A model generated the notes under the pieces. The model saw only the letters and a program-made list of their open reading frames with translations. It was not told the DNA's origin and ran no database searches. This document shows, in pieces, positions 1 through 9,919 of a stretch of DNA of 64,000 nucleotides. Source of the DNA: an uncultured Acidobacteriota bacterium (lineage in GTDB: Bacteria > Acidobacteriota > Blastocatellia > RBC074); assembly GCA_963796275.1 (NCBI GenBank), contig CAWCKY010000006.1, positions 1,088,001-1,152,000 of the forward strand, read 5' to 3'. The stretch's first letter is position 1. Each line of letters starts with the position of its first letter. A program made the translations under genes and the position numbers.

Positions 1-1320
1 ATTGCGCAGCAGAACCCATGTATCCATCAATGATGATACGCCTACTTGCGCACCCTCCGGTGTTACCCGCGCATCGGTAAGGCTGGTGAAGAGCGTGGTG
101 ATCTCATGTTGTTTGAGAAAGTCGATCAATCGCACCAGCGTCGACTTGACCTCAGCCGAGTTTTTTTCAAGCGCCAGATTGGTGATCGGGTCAACGACGA
201 CCGCCGATGGGCGATAATCAGTTACTGCATCATGCATAACCAATAAATGCTGTTCCAGGCCGTGCAAGGTAGGGGGCGAGGTGGGAATTTTGAGCAGTCC
301 CTTTATTATCCACTGCTCCAGATCGATCCCGATCGATCGCATATTGCGCACGATTTGCGATGCCGATTCTTCAAAAGCGAACATCAGCGCACGTTCGCCT
401 CGCTGGCAGGCCGCCGCAATAAAAGCTGCGCCGATGCTGGTCTTTCCCGTGCCCGGCGAGCCGGTGACGAGCGCGCTGCTTCCGCGATATAGGCCTTTGC
501 CGCCGAGCATTTCGTCCAGGCGCTTGATTCCCGTCGAGATGCGCTCTGTCGAGGCTTTGTGATTCAGCGAGAGCGAAGTGATGGGCAGCACCGATAATCC
601 GCGGTTGCCGATCAGGAATGGATATTCATTCGTGCCGTGGGCCGAGCCGCGATACTTCACGACGCGCATCCGCCTGGTGGAAATCTGTTCCGTCACGCGT
701 TGATCGAGCAGGATCACGCAATCGGCGACGTACTCTTCCAATCCGTAACGGGTGAGCGAATGTGTGCCGCGCTCGCCGGTGATGATCGCCGTCATTCCGC
801 GATCCTTCAACCAGCGGAAAAGTCGCCGCAACTCGGCGCGCAGGATAGCGTGATTGTGCAGCCCGGCGAAGAGTGCTTCGACTGTATCGATCACAACTCG
901 CCGGGCGCCGATGGAATCGATCGCATAGCTGAGCCGTATGAACAACCCATCCAGGTCGTATTCGCCTGTCTCTTCGATTTCACTGCGTTCTATATAAACA
1001 TAGTCGAGCTTGAGCTTTTTCTGCGCCACAAGTTTTTCCAGGTCGAATCCCAGCGAGCGGACATTGGCGGAAAGTTCATCTGCATTCTCCTCAAACAACA
1101 TTAACACGCCCGGTTCGCCGAATTCGGTGGCGCCGCGAACAAGAAACTCAACGGCGAGCATAGTTTTGCCCGTGCCGGCAGTACCACAGATCAAGGTGGG
1201 ACGCCCGGCGGGCAAACCACCGCCTGTAATTTCATCCAGCCCCAGAATCCCAGTCGGAGCCTTTGGCACACCCGTATTATGATCCCTGATACCTACGGTT
1301 CTTTTTCTTGACTTATTCAT
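1..1320 (-). CDS. kaiC: Circadian clock-type kinase/ATPase KaiC (3'-partial, runs off the window; absent from the ORF track)
   Basis: Manual translation from ATG at 1320 gives MNKSRKRTVGIRDHNTGVPKAPTGILGLDEITGGGLPAGRPTLICGTAGTGKT...MLFEE. A second Walker A (GKGLYRGSSALVTGSPGTGKTS) and the C-terminal GVSSLMDTWVLLRN follow. Confidence 0.95.
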   Translation of the reverse strand, partial: MNKSRKRTVGIRDHNTGVPKAPTGILGLDEITGGGLPAGRPTLICGTAGTGKTMLAVEFLVRGATEFGEPGVLMLFEENADELSANVRSLGFDLEKLVAQKKLKLDYVYIERSEIEETGEYDLDGLFIRLSYAIDSIGARRVVIDTVEALFAGLHNHAILRAELRRLFRWLKDRGMTAIITGERGTHSLTRYGLEEYVADCVILLDQRVTEQISTRRMRVVKYRGSAHGTNEYPFLIGNRGLSVLPITSLSLNHKASTERISTGIKRLDEMLGGKGLYRGSSALVTGSPGTGKTSIGAAFIAAACQRGERALMFAFEESASQIVRNMRSIGIDLEQWIIKGLLKIPTSPPTLHGLEQHLLVMHDAVTDYRPSAVVVDPITNLALEKNSAEVKSTLVRLIDFLKQHEITTLFTSLTDARVTPEGAQVGVSSLMDTWVLLRN

Positions 1321-1879
1321 CTGAGCTGACAAAGATGCGCAAATTAAATTTCAAGCGATCTCGCTAGTTACTTCCGCTAAACCGCCGTAGTCCTTTATGA
1401 ATCGACGGTTTAAGCATCATTGTGCCCCAGATTCCTGCATCACATGCAGGTCATAATCGTCATAATCGTGAAATGCCAGATTGAACGGCGTTGGATATGC
1501 GGATGGAGGTAAAGCGTGGTTAACACGTTCGACGACCTCAACAACCTTGATCGTCCACCGAGTCATTGGCCTGGCTTGCTTTCGGGGATCAAATCAGTCC
1601 CAAAACTCGAACCCGTGAAAGTTACTGTTTCTCAAGGCTATATAGTATCACCCTGAGAATTAAAGAGAAACTTAAAAATGTCTGAGTAAAAACAGACGCG
1701 GGGAAGCTGCCCCTTTTCAGATTTAAAGGGGAATTTGCCAGCAGGACACTTTGCCGACGAATCAGAACCGCGAGCGGTTGCGAGCGGGACTTTCTGAAGT
1801 AAACCCGTTTCGAGAGCACGCTTGCGAGCGTTCATTCGCAATCTTCAATCCTAAATCTTCATCTTCATCTGAAACCGCA

Positions 1880-2641
1880 TTAATTGAGCAAACGCAAAAT
1901 TTTTTGGTGCAATGGCCGGTTGGTAGCAAGCCCCTCACCAGTGCTGAAATCGAGATTGCCCTTGAGAGTCGAAAAGACCCCGCCCGCTCCCTCCAGAATC
2001 GGCGGCATCGGCGCGACGTCATAGTATTTGAGCGCACCGGGATCGATCATCACATCCGCCAGGCCACGAGCGATGAGAGAGTATCCATAACAATCGCCGA
2101 AACCGCGGACCAGCCTGACCTTTTGATAGAGAGTTAGTAACTGGTTCTGTGGGGCAATTAAAGTTCGCGGATCGGTGATGATCATGGTGGCTTGGGAGAT
2201 TTCCGCCGTCTGTGAGACGAAACACCGCGCCCCGTTTAAAAATGTTCCGGTCTCGGCCGAACCGATCAGCAATTGATCCTGGATCGGGAAATATATAGAA
2301 CCGAGCACGGGCTGACCGTCGCGTTCGAGTGCGATCATCGTCCCGAAAAGCGGCGTCCGCAGGACAAATGATTTCGTTCCGTCGATCGGATCGATTATCC
2401 AGCGATAGGCGCTCGATCTCTTAGTCTCGCCGTACTCCTCACCGAGGATCGAATATTCCGGGAAGCGTTTTTCAAGAGCTTCACGCAGAAATTGTTCGGC
2501 TTCGCGGTCGGCGCGGGTGACTGGGCTGTCATCATCTTTTATTTCAACCTCGAATTGCGAGTAATAGTAACGGCGAACGATATCTCCAGCTTGTTGACTG
2601 AGTTCGTGTAGTATTGGGAAATAGGATTCTAGATTGTCCAT
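1880..2641 (-). CDS. hisN: Inositol monophosphatase-family protein, probable histidinol-phosphate phosphatase
   Basis: Motifs SPVTRADREAE, ILGEE, WIIDPIDGTKSF, RGFGDCYGY and YDVAP. Start placed at MDNLES (2641) rather than the track's 2713. Confidence 0.8.
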   Translation of the reverse strand: MDNLESYFPILHELSQQAGDIVRRYYYSQFEVEIKDDDSPVTRADREAEQFLREALEKRFPEYSILGEEYGETKRSSAYRWIIDPIDGTKSFVLRTPLFGTMIALERDGQPVLGSIYFPIQDQLLIGSAETGTFLNGARCFVSQTAEISQATMIITDPRTLIAPQNQLLTLYQKVRLVRGFGDCYGYSLIARGLADVMIDPGALKYYDVAPMPPILEGAGGVFSTLKGNLDFSTGEGLATNRPLHQKILRLLN

Positions 2642-2796
2642 AATTGCTTGGCATTGTATCGCGAAGAGAGAGCGTTGCACATTCCGTTGGGGATTCCAGG
2701 ATCTTTTAAACATCTGTTCGGGAGCCCACGGTTTCGGTGTTGAAACCTGGTGCTATTTTTTTGCGTATCCCATATGACTGAAAACTCGCGGTGGCG

Positions 2797-2843
2797 ATGG
2801 TCAGAATATGGTCAGAATAATATGGTCAGGATATGGTCAGAAT
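2797..2843. repeat. Four direct copies of the 11-mer ATGGTCAG(A/G)AT in a divergent intergenic region
   Basis: Copies start at 2797, 2808, 2822 and 2833. Confidence 0.85.
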
Positions 2844-2866
2844 AAAGATAGTTGGGGAGGTCCGTA

Positions 2867-3523
2867 ATGAACCAGGCCGGTCGATCTTTCGCACTTTTCT
2901 TTCTCTTATATCTATTATCGGCCTGCAATCTCGTTCCCCGCGATTCCAAAGCCGTCTTTCTAAGCGATCGTGAGCTTACCGCTGCACAGCAGATAAGACC
3001 AAATGCCACCCCTCTCGAGAGGATACTTGCGCATTCGATTGAACAGACGACCAAGACCTTCAGTTACGATCCGTCTTACGTCAAACTCGATTACCCGAAC
3101 GGCGATGTGCCGATCGATCGCGGCGTCTGCGCTGACGTGATCGTCCGTGCATTTCGGCAGGGTGGCATTGATCTGCAAAAAGAGCTGCACGAGGATATGT
3201 CGAAGAACTTCGCGCAGTATCCGCAAAAATGGGGTGCGAGGAGGCCGGATAAGAACATCGATCATCGCCGCGTTCCCAACCTGATGACCTGGTTCGAGCG
3301 TCAGGGCAAGAGTTTAACGGTGCGCGAAGATGGAGGGAATTATCTGCCGGGTGACGTCGTTGCGTGGGAACTCGCGGATGGGCGGTTCCATATAGGGATT
3401 GTGAGTCAAATAAAGATCAAAGGGATTGACCGGTATGCTATCGTACATAATATCGGCTCGGGCGCCAGGCTCGAAGACGTTTTGTTCGATTGGAAGATCA
3501 TTGGTCATTACCGGAATTTCTGA
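2867..3523 (+). CDS. DUF1287 (YijF-like) domain lipoprotein
   Basis: Lipobox LSAC; motifs YDPSYVKLDYPNGDVP, GVCADVIVRA, DKNIDHRRVPNL, HIGIV and VHNIG. Confidence 0.85.
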   Translation: MNQAGRSFALFFLLYLLSACNLVPRDSKAVFLSDRELTAAQQIRPNATPLERILAHSIEQTTKTFSYDPSYVKLDYPNGDVPIDRGVCADVIVRAFRQGGIDLQKELHEDMSKNFAQYPQKWGARRPDKNIDHRRVPNLMTWFERQGKSLTVREDGGNYLPGDVVAWELADGRFHIGIVSQIKIKGIDRYAIVHNIGSGARLEDVLFDWKIIGHYRNF

Positions 3524-3527
3524 TTTT

Positions 3528-3947
3528 ATGATGAATGTGAAAATGGCTCAGGGAATCGCTATCAAACCATCAAAAATTGACGGAAAGGGTTGTTTCGCGA
3601 CTGTTCAGTTCCACAAGGGCGTTAAGATTGCCGAGTATGTGGGTGAGAAGATATCGAGTCGCGAAGTAGCGCGGCGGGTGAAGGGGAAAAGCCGGATATA
3701 CATCAGCGGATTGGATTCTTACTGGGCGATCGACGCAAGCAGGCTCGGCAACGGCACCCAGTACATCAATCATTCCTGCGCGCCTAATTGCTACGTCAAG
3801 ATCATTCACGGTCACATTCTTTTCTTCGCGCTTCGCGACATCGAGCCGGGTGAAGAGATTCTACTCGATTATGAGTACACCTATCACTCAGATGCTAAGA
3901 GGTGTAATTGCGGCGCGCCGACCTGCCGCAAGCGAATGAATAAATGA
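3528..3947 (+). CDS. SET-domain protein-lysine methyltransferase with post-SET Cys motif
   Basis: GKGCFA, YINHSCAPN, GEEILLDY and CNCGAPTCR. Start placed at ATG 3528. Confidence 0.9.
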   Translation: MMNVKMAQGIAIKPSKIDGKGCFATVQFHKGVKIAEYVGEKISSREVARRVKGKSRIYISGLDSYWAIDASRLGNGTQYINHSCAPNCYVKIIHGHILFFALRDIEPGEEILLDYEYTYHSDAKRCNCGAPTCRKRMNK

Positions 3948-4032
3948 GTGTGGTATGTCAAACGGACATTGAAGGAGACGGGAAAACGCCTTCTCATTTT
4001 TATATTTGTCGAGCGAGGGTCCGCAGCGGAAC

Positions 4033-5739
4033 TTATCTGATCAGCATACGCAGCAATTCCAGCCTTTGCGCAATCTCTGAACTCGCCATCTCGCGAAAAC
4101 GTTGGGGAACCATGGCCCTGGATGTCGCTTCGCGCGCGGCGACCAGTTCTTGATACTCGATCGCCTGTTCGTCACGCGCAGGCGTAAATTCGGATGCGAC
4201 GAAAGCCAGGTCATTATTCGTCACGTCATCGTGCCCGGCCATTCGGGCGACGCGGCGGGCGCGGATCAATATCGATTCGATGTCTGCCCCCGAGAGGTGC
4301 AGTTGATTGTCGGTGACCGGCCCCCAATCGCTGATCTGGTGTTTGATCTTATTCTTGCGCGCCATTGCCTCGGCGATCTCGCGCCGTTCTTCGGGATTTT
4401 CCGGGTAGAAGAGCGCTATATGCTCTTCGCATCGGCCCTGACGTTTCAAATCGATCGGCAGACGGTCAGGGCGTGAGGTCATCAATATCCACAATATGCG
4501 TCCCCGATTATCAGTGTCGCTCATGGCGGAAGCGATCTTTGAGAAGACTCGCTGATTTACCCCCGAATCGCCATCGGCTTCGCGTGTGCCGAGCGCTGCG
4601 TCGGCCTCATCGATGAGCACGACTATGGGTGCGAGCGATTGCAGCAGGTTGAGTATCTTTTCGAGGTTTGCTTCGGTCGAGCCCACCCATTTGTCGCGGA
4701 AGTTTTTAAATTCGACGACGTTCAATCCGCAGTCTTTGGCAAAGCACTCGGCGAGGAATGTCTTGCCTGTTCCGACCGGGCCGCAGATCAGAATACCCAT
4801 CGGCGCTTCTTCACGCTGTCCCTTTTTGATCGTCTCGGCAATGTCGCGCAGGTAATCCTTCGCCTCGCGCAACCCTCCGACGCTCTCCAGACCATGTCTG
4901 GGCGTGACGAATTCGATCAGACCCGCGCACTCGGCTTCGATAATCTCTTTCTTCTTGATCCGCACATCATCATATGTCAGGCCATCATCAGATGCGCGTG
5001 CGGCGCAGAGTAGCGAGCGGATATGGACGAAGTTTAGACCCGAGGTCAGAGCCGCGAGGTGAGTTTCTGTCATACCGACCTGGTCGATCGGATAGGCCGC
5101 CAGGAATTCCCTGATGTAGTCGAGCCTCTGCGATTCTTCGGGGTAGTGAACTTTGATCGATGCCAGGCGCGAGTTTTCGCGCACGCGCGCATGAATGTCA
5201 GACAACGACTCAGCAATGAGGATCACCATATTATCCGTCTCCATAAAACGCGCGCTCGTCAACCAGCGCTGTACGGATACCAGAGTATTGCGGTCATCGG
5301 CCGACATATAACCGATCTCCCCGGCGGGGAAGATCGTTTCGAGGAAGTTGATGATGATGGCGACGTGATCGGAAAAATAGAGAAATCGCTCGATCATCGG
5401 CAGCGCGCGCGCAGGATCGCGCGGAATTTGCGCCTCGGTTTTGAAATCGAGCAGGGGATCGGCGACCCTCTGCTGCGAGATAAATGCCCGCATCGTCTCA
5501 TCCGAATCGAAAGTGATACCCTCGCTGCGGTTGTAGAGCACGATGCGCTTATTGCCCAGCATCTCCCGTTGCAGGTATGAGAGCAATGAGACATAGCCGT
5601 TGCGCGAGCGTATCAGATCGTAAATGTTGTGATGCAGAAGAAAATGGCTGGACTCGCCCGCTAGATACTTCCGGGCCAGCTCTTCAGCCCATCCCGGCAT
5701 GCGGGCAGGCGCGGAGAGTGAGTGTGTCGTTGTCACCAT
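4033..5739 (-). CDS. AAA+ ATPase with a degenerate N-terminal AAA-like domain and an active C-terminal classical AAA domain
   Basis: Walker A GPVGTGKT, pore loop KWVGSTE, Walker B VLIDEAD and SRH TSRPDRLPIDLKRQGR. The ~280-aa N-terminal region lacks a Walker A. Start placed at MVTTT (5739). Confidence 0.9.
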   Translation of the reverse strand: MVTTTHSLSAPARMPGWAEELARKYLAGESSHFLLHHNIYDLIRSRNGYVSLLSYLQREMLGNKRIVLYNRSEGITFDSDETMRAFISQQRVADPLLDFKTEAQIPRDPARALPMIERFLYFSDHVAIIINFLETIFPAGEIGYMSADDRNTLVSVQRWLTSARFMETDNMVILIAESLSDIHARVRENSRLASIKVHYPEESQRLDYIREFLAAYPIDQVGMTETHLAALTSGLNFVHIRSLLCAARASDDGLTYDDVRIKKKEIIEAECAGLIEFVTPRHGLESVGGLREAKDYLRDIAETIKKGQREEAPMGILICGPVGTGKTFLAECFAKDCGLNVVEFKNFRDKWVGSTEANLEKILNLLQSLAPIVVLIDEADAALGTREADGDSGVNQRVFSKIASAMSDTDNRGRILWILMTSRPDRLPIDLKRQGRCEEHIALFYPENPEERREIAEAMARKNKIKHQISDWGPVTDNQLHLSGADIESILIRARRVARMAGHDDVTNNDLAFVASEFTPARDEQAIEYQELVAAREATSRAMVPQRFREMASSEIAQRLELLRMLIR

Positions 5740-5751
5740 GGAATCTTTCCT

Positions 5752-5825
5752 GGTTGTCGGTAGTCGGTTAAAAGTGTCCGGACACCAGGCTATCAAGCGG
5801 GAACCGGCAACCGACTACCGACTAC
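5752..5825. repeat. Heptamer-based palindromic element (GGTTGTC/GGTAGTC ... CCGACTA) between operon genes
   Basis: The left arm ggttgtcggtagtcggtt is imperfectly complementary to the right arm aaccggcaaccgactaccgactac. Confidence 0.65.
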
Positions 5826-6655
5826 TGTCTGCTGGCAAGAGATGGGCGTAATTGATTGGCCTCGCGATTGAGGGTATCGAGCTGGATCATGACCGGCGCG
5901 GTCTGCTGTAATATCTCCTTGGTCATTTCGATCGACGAGAGAAGCGAATCGAAGTCCAGGCTCAGGATATGCTCCGGAGTCGGCATCGTCACTACCTGGT
6001 CATTGACCAGCCCGAAGAAGTTTTCGATCATCTGGAGCTGAGCTTCGACACGTTTGACGCTGCGCTCGATGTCGTCATAGGTCTGCAGGCGCCGGCGCAG
6101 AATCTCGGCGTTCTTTTCATGAAGCGGGCGGGTCTCCTCATCGGAGAACTGTACGGTTCTCTCCGCCTGTCTCGATTGATTCTCCAGGGCCTGACGGTTT
6201 ATCGAACGAAGGTGGTTTTTGCGGCGGCGGTATTCGTCGAGCAGATCGACGAAGGCTTCCCACGTGGTTTCGAGCTCGCGGATCTGCAGCGGCTCTTCAG
6301 ATAATCTCGCGAACTTTTTGTAGTTGTCGGCAATCTGCTTCTTCATCCAGCTGAGATAGTCGACGGCCTCGCGCTCGCGCGGATCGAACGTTTTGATCAG
6401 TTCGATCCTCTGCTTCCTGCGATGCTCTTCGTGCAGTTTGCGAGAACGCCGATCGACAATCTTGCGATAGAATCTCGACCCTGGAATGGTCGCAAGGTAT
6501 GCGCCTTCGGCGATCAGCGCTCCAGCCAGCACCAGCGTCGGATCTATGAATCCCGTCGTTGCCGCGTAGGCTGCCGCGGCCGCGGATATCAGTAATCCGC
6601 CGACATTGACGGGTTCTTTCAGAGCCTCTTTGATGTAGGAGAGCTTAAACTCCAT
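5822..6655 (-). CDS. Membrane-anchored coiled-coil protein (N-terminal TM hairpin, long charged helical region); possible divergent PspA/Snf7-like partner
   Basis: Start MEFKLSYIK at 6655. Hydrophobic segments VGGLLISAAAAAYAA and TLVLAGALIAEGAYL are followed by ~200 aa of heptad-rich helix. It lies between pspA and the AAA ATPase on the same strand. Confidence 0.8.
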   Translation of the reverse strand: MEFKLSYIKEALKEPVNVGGLLISAAAAAYAATTGFIDPTLVLAGALIAEGAYLATIPGSRFYRKIVDRRSRKLHEEHRRKQRIELIKTFDPREREAVDYLSWMKKQIADNYKKFARLSEEPLQIRELETTWEAFVDLLDEYRRRKNHLRSINRQALENQSRQAERTVQFSDEETRPLHEKNAEILRRRLQTYDDIERSVKRVEAQLQMIENFFGLVNDQVVTMPTPEHILSLDFDSLLSSIEMTKEILQQTAPVMIQLDTLNREANQLRPSLASRQ

Positions 6656-6689
6656 ATTTGCCCCGTTCCCGTTACCCTTGTTACCCCGT

Positions 6690-7466
6690 TCATTGTTCCC
6701 GCGACTTCGCTCGATCGGGCGCAGAGGTGTCCGCCGAGCCGATCGTTCTCTCCGAGTTGCCCGATGGGGCGCCTTCACCCAGCGCCGGCATTTGCGCATC
6801 GGGCAGCAGGCCCATATCTTTCTTGTAAGATAAAAGCAGATCCTGCGATTCGATGTCGGCCAGTTCTTTATCGATATTCTGCATCCGCGCATCGAGGCTC
6901 GAAGAAGCTAGCTCGGCCTTCGCTTCCGCGGACGCGACGCGGCCGGCGATCTTGTCACGCATGTCGTCGAAGGTCTGAGAATCATCGCCGAGCTGGAAAC
7001 TGGCCATCGTTTGTGCCATCCGCTCCTGCATCTTGGCCTGTTTGTTGGCTGTAATCAGTTGCATTGCCTCCGCGGTCTTGCGGCGGATCTGCATCATGTA
7101 ATTGTCGAGAAACTCGCGCGCCTTGACGGACGCCACTTTTGCCTGTTCGTAATTCGATTTGCTGGTCTCGAGCGCCCGCTGCGAAGTCTGCATTTCGCTG
7201 ATGAGCGTCGTGGCGATGTCGTCGTGACCGGTGCGGATTGCGGCTTTGATCTTCTTATCAAAATCGGTGAGTTTGGCCGATTGCGCTTCAATTTCACGCG
7301 CCAGCCGCTTTTCCGTCGCCATCACCTGGGCGACATTTTCGCGCATCTTCGGCACCTCGTCGTTCATGTCGCGGACCAACTGCTGCAGGATCAACTCCGG
7401 ATCCTCCGCCTTGTCAACGATGCCGCCGAAAATTGAGCGAAACAGTCTTCTAAGACGATTCCACAT
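6690..7466 (-). CDS. pspA: PspA/IM30 (ESCRT-III-like) family protein
   Basis: Amphipathic N-terminal helix MWNRLRRLFRSIFGG, the conserved EDPELIL motif, FDDMRDKI..RVASAEAKAEL, and an all-helical coiled coil. Confidence 0.92.
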   Translation of the reverse strand: MWNRLRRLFRSIFGGIVDKAEDPELILQQLVRDMNDEVPKMRENVAQVMATEKRLAREIEAQSAKLTDFDKKIKAAIRTGHDDIATTLISEMQTSQRALETSKSNYEQAKVASVKAREFLDNYMMQIRRKTAEAMQLITANKQAKMQERMAQTMASFQLGDDSQTFDDMRDKIAGRVASAEAKAELASSSLDARMQNIDKELADIESQDLLLSYKKDMGLLPDAQMPALGEGAPSGNSERTIGSADTSAPDRAKSREQ

Positions 7467-7500
7467 TTTTCTCTTCTCCCCTCAGGAGCCTTGTTGTTGT

Positions 7501-7526
7501 TACGATATAGGGAAAGTCGTTGTTCA
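7501..7526 (-). promoter_or_regulatory. Putative ECF sigma promoter (TGAAC-N17-CGTA) upstream of pspA
   Basis: The minus strand reads TGAAC AACGACTTTCCCTATAT CGTA, ending ~35 nt before the pspA ATG. Confidence 0.5.
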
Positions 7527-7566
7527 CAACTTATCAAGTTCTTGCTTCTTGCCCTGAATAAGGCTC

Positions 7567-7595
7567 AGTATAGCAGCAGCTTTTCTCATTGTCAC
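7567..7595 (-). promoter_or_regulatory. Putative sigma70 promoter for the pspA operon
   Basis: GTGACA-17 nt-TATACT with an extended TG motif on the minus strand. Confidence 0.55.
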
Positions 7596-7847
7596 TCAAT
7601 GCTTTGAGCATACCCGAAGTTGGCGCGTGAATCGGCGAGCCGTCTCCTTCGCCAAAAATAACGATGCGAAATTCACCAAAAAAATCACGAAAGAACAGCG
7701 AAAGAACCAAAAAGGAACGAGTACTAAGCGAGCGACAATTCACTTTTCACGGATGCTATTGTATTCTTATCGATCTGGAATTTTCGTGGCACCGCCCTTC
7801 CGAGGAAGGCTTTGCTACGCGATTTGTATGGGAAGTACAGGGAAGTG

Positions 7848-8381
7848 ATGGAGATCCGAGAAGCTTATACCCGCGACGCCATTCAAATTCACGCTCTCAT
7901 CAATAAATACGCCCACCAGCAGCAGATGCTGCCGCGCACGCTGCTCCATATTTATGAGAACATTCGTGATTTTCAAGTCGCGGTCGAAGATGGCCGCGTG
8001 CTCGGGTGCTCCGGATTGCATTTCACCTGGGGCGATATGGCGGAGATTCGCTCGCTCGCCGTCGATGAAGATGCCGGAGGTCGAGGAATAGGGCGCGCCC
8101 TCGTCGAAGCGAACATCGAGGAGGCCCGCCGGCACGAGCTGGTTCAAGTCTATGCGTTCACTTACGTCACGGAGTTCTTCTCCAAACTGGGTTTTCGCGT
8201 TGTACCTCACGAATCGATGCCGCGCAAAGTCTGGATGGATTGCATCAACTGTCATAAGTTCAACTGCTGCGATGAGGTCGCAATGGTGCTCGACCTGATT
8301 CATGACGCAAAGCCCGAACCCTTTGATGTCAGCCAGGTGAACATTCCGATCGTAAAACAGATCGAGCGCGATCGTGGATAA
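7848..8381 (+). CDS. argA: Short GNAT-type amino-acid (glutamate) N-acetyltransferase
   Basis: MLPRT...[24 protein letters not shown] and KVWMDCINC...CDEVAM; adjacent to argJ. Confidence 0.85.
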   Translation: MEIREAYTRDAIQIHALINKYAHQQQMLPRTLLHIYENIRDFQVAVEDGRVLGCSGLHFTWGDMAEIRSLAVDEDAGGRGIGRALVEANIEEARRHELVQVYAFTYVTEFFSKLGFRVVPHESMPRKVWMDCINCHKFNCCDEVAMVLDLIHDAKPEPFDVSQVNIPIVKQIERDRG

Positions 8382-8677
8382 AGTTGAAAATTCCCAATTC
8401 TGAACACCTGCATTCCGAAAGTGGACATCCCTCCCACGGATTCCATCTGAAATGCGCTTCTAAGTCGAGCTATTTGTTGTTTTGCTAATCGGCATCGATG
8501 TGGCATACAAATTGGAAAGGAGAGTACGGATTTGTTAATTGCTGGGTGCGGTTTGTCAACATTTTTTAGTTAGGTTGTTTGAACCGCGATCCCCCGGTGC
8601 AACTGAGCGAGCCGAGACGTAAGGCCGGGGCGTGAAGCAGGATATGCAAACGCAATTGGCAATTCACATGCGCAGAG

Positions 8678-9919
8678 ATGGGGAAGAATGGAAATCTAAA
8701 TAGCGGAAATTCCGGCAAAGGCTCCGATTCGTACTCTATCGCCGCGCCGCGCGGTTTTTTTGCCGGAGCGGCGCGGTGCGGATTGAAAAAGAGAGGGGAG
8801 GACCTGGCGATCATCTATTCCGAGAAGCCGGCTGTTGCTGCGGCAGTATTCACGCAGAACCTGGTACAGGCTGCGCCTGTGCTGGTTTCCCGGGAACACC
8901 TCAGATCCAGGACTCATCACGCCATCGTCGTCAACTCAGGCGGAGCGAATGCGTGCACTGGGCGAGAGGGGTTGAACGATGCGCGGCACACTGCGCAGCT
9001 GGTTGCGGAATATTTCAATTGCGATGAACGCGAGGTGCTCGTAGCGTCGACGGGCGTAATCGGCGTGCGGCTAGATATGAATAAAATCGCGAGCGGAATT
9101 CGTGCGGCGACGGCCGAGATTTCGCGCGCGAACGGCTGGCGGGTCGCCGAAGCGATGATGACCACGGATACGCGGCCGAAGCGCGCGAGCAGGACGATCA
9201 GGCTCGGAAACAGACGCGCCACGATCGCAGGCGTCGCCAAAGGGTCGGGAATGATCCATCCCCATATGGCTACGCTCCTCTCGTTCATCACCACCGATGC
9301 CGCGATCAGCAAATCCGCGCTCCAGGCGGCGCTGCAGAATGCGGCCAACCAGAGCTTCAATCGGGTTTCGATAGATGGGGACACGTCGACCAATGATATG
9401 CTGGCGGTTCTCGCCAATGGCGCGGCGGAGAACGAATTGATAACCAGTCAAGCGGGCGGCGATTTCGAGATATTCGTGAAAGGCCTGACCGAAGTTTGCC
9501 GCGATCTGGCGATCCAGGTTGCGCGCGATGGAGAGGGCGCTCGCAAGTTGATCACGATAAAGGTGAGGCGTGCTCCGACTCAGCGCGATGCTGAGAAGAT
9601 TGCCGTGACCGTCGCCACGAGTCCACTCGTCAAAACTGCAATTGCGGGCGCCGATGCCAACTGGGGCCGTATTCTGGCGGCAGCAGGACGCAGCGGCGCG
9701 AAGTTCGATGTCTCGCGGGTCGAAATCAAAATCGGCGATCTCGCCGTCGCCCGCCATGGGATGGGATTGCAGTTCGATGAAGATCGCGCGCTGGAAATAT
9801 TGAAACGTAATGAGGTGACATTGACGATCGACCTGCACCAGGGCGAAGAAGATGTCACAGAATGGACCTGCGACATGACTGAAGGATACGTAAGGATAAA
9901 TGCGGATTATCGATCGTGA
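8678..9919 (+). CDS. argJ: Ornithine acetyltransferase / bifunctional ArgJ
   Basis: [47 protein letters not shown] and the C-terminal INADYRS. Confidence 0.97.
   Translation: MGKNGNLNSGNSGKGSDSYSIAAPRGFFAGAARCGLKKRGEDLAIIYSEKPAVAAAVFTQNLVQAAPVLVSREHLRSRTHHAIVVNSGGANACTGREGLNDARHTAQLVAEYFNCDEREVLVASTGVIGVRLDMNKIASGIRAATAEISRANGWRVAEAMMTTDTRPKRASRTIRLGNRRATIAGVAKGSGMIHPHMATLLSFITTDAAISKSALQAALQNAANQSFNRVSIDGDTSTNDMLAVLANGAAENELITSQAGGDFEIFVKGLTEVCRDLAIQVARDGEGARKLITIKVRRAPTQRDAEKIAVTVATSPLVKTAIAGADANWGRILAAAGRSGAKFDVSRVEIKIGDLAVARHGMGLQFDEDRALEILKRNEVTLTIDLHQGEEDVTEWTCDMTEGYVRINADYRS

Noticed and set aside
2-1282. Several plus-strand ORFs in the track
   Set aside because: They are antisense shadows of kaiC. 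The same applies to the many long antisense ORFs over argJ, metY, the secretin, the TonB receptor, the oxidoreductases and nusA.
7787-7801. TGGCACCGCCCTTCC as a sigma54 promoter for argA
   Set aside because: The -12 element is TTCC and lacks the near-invariant GC.
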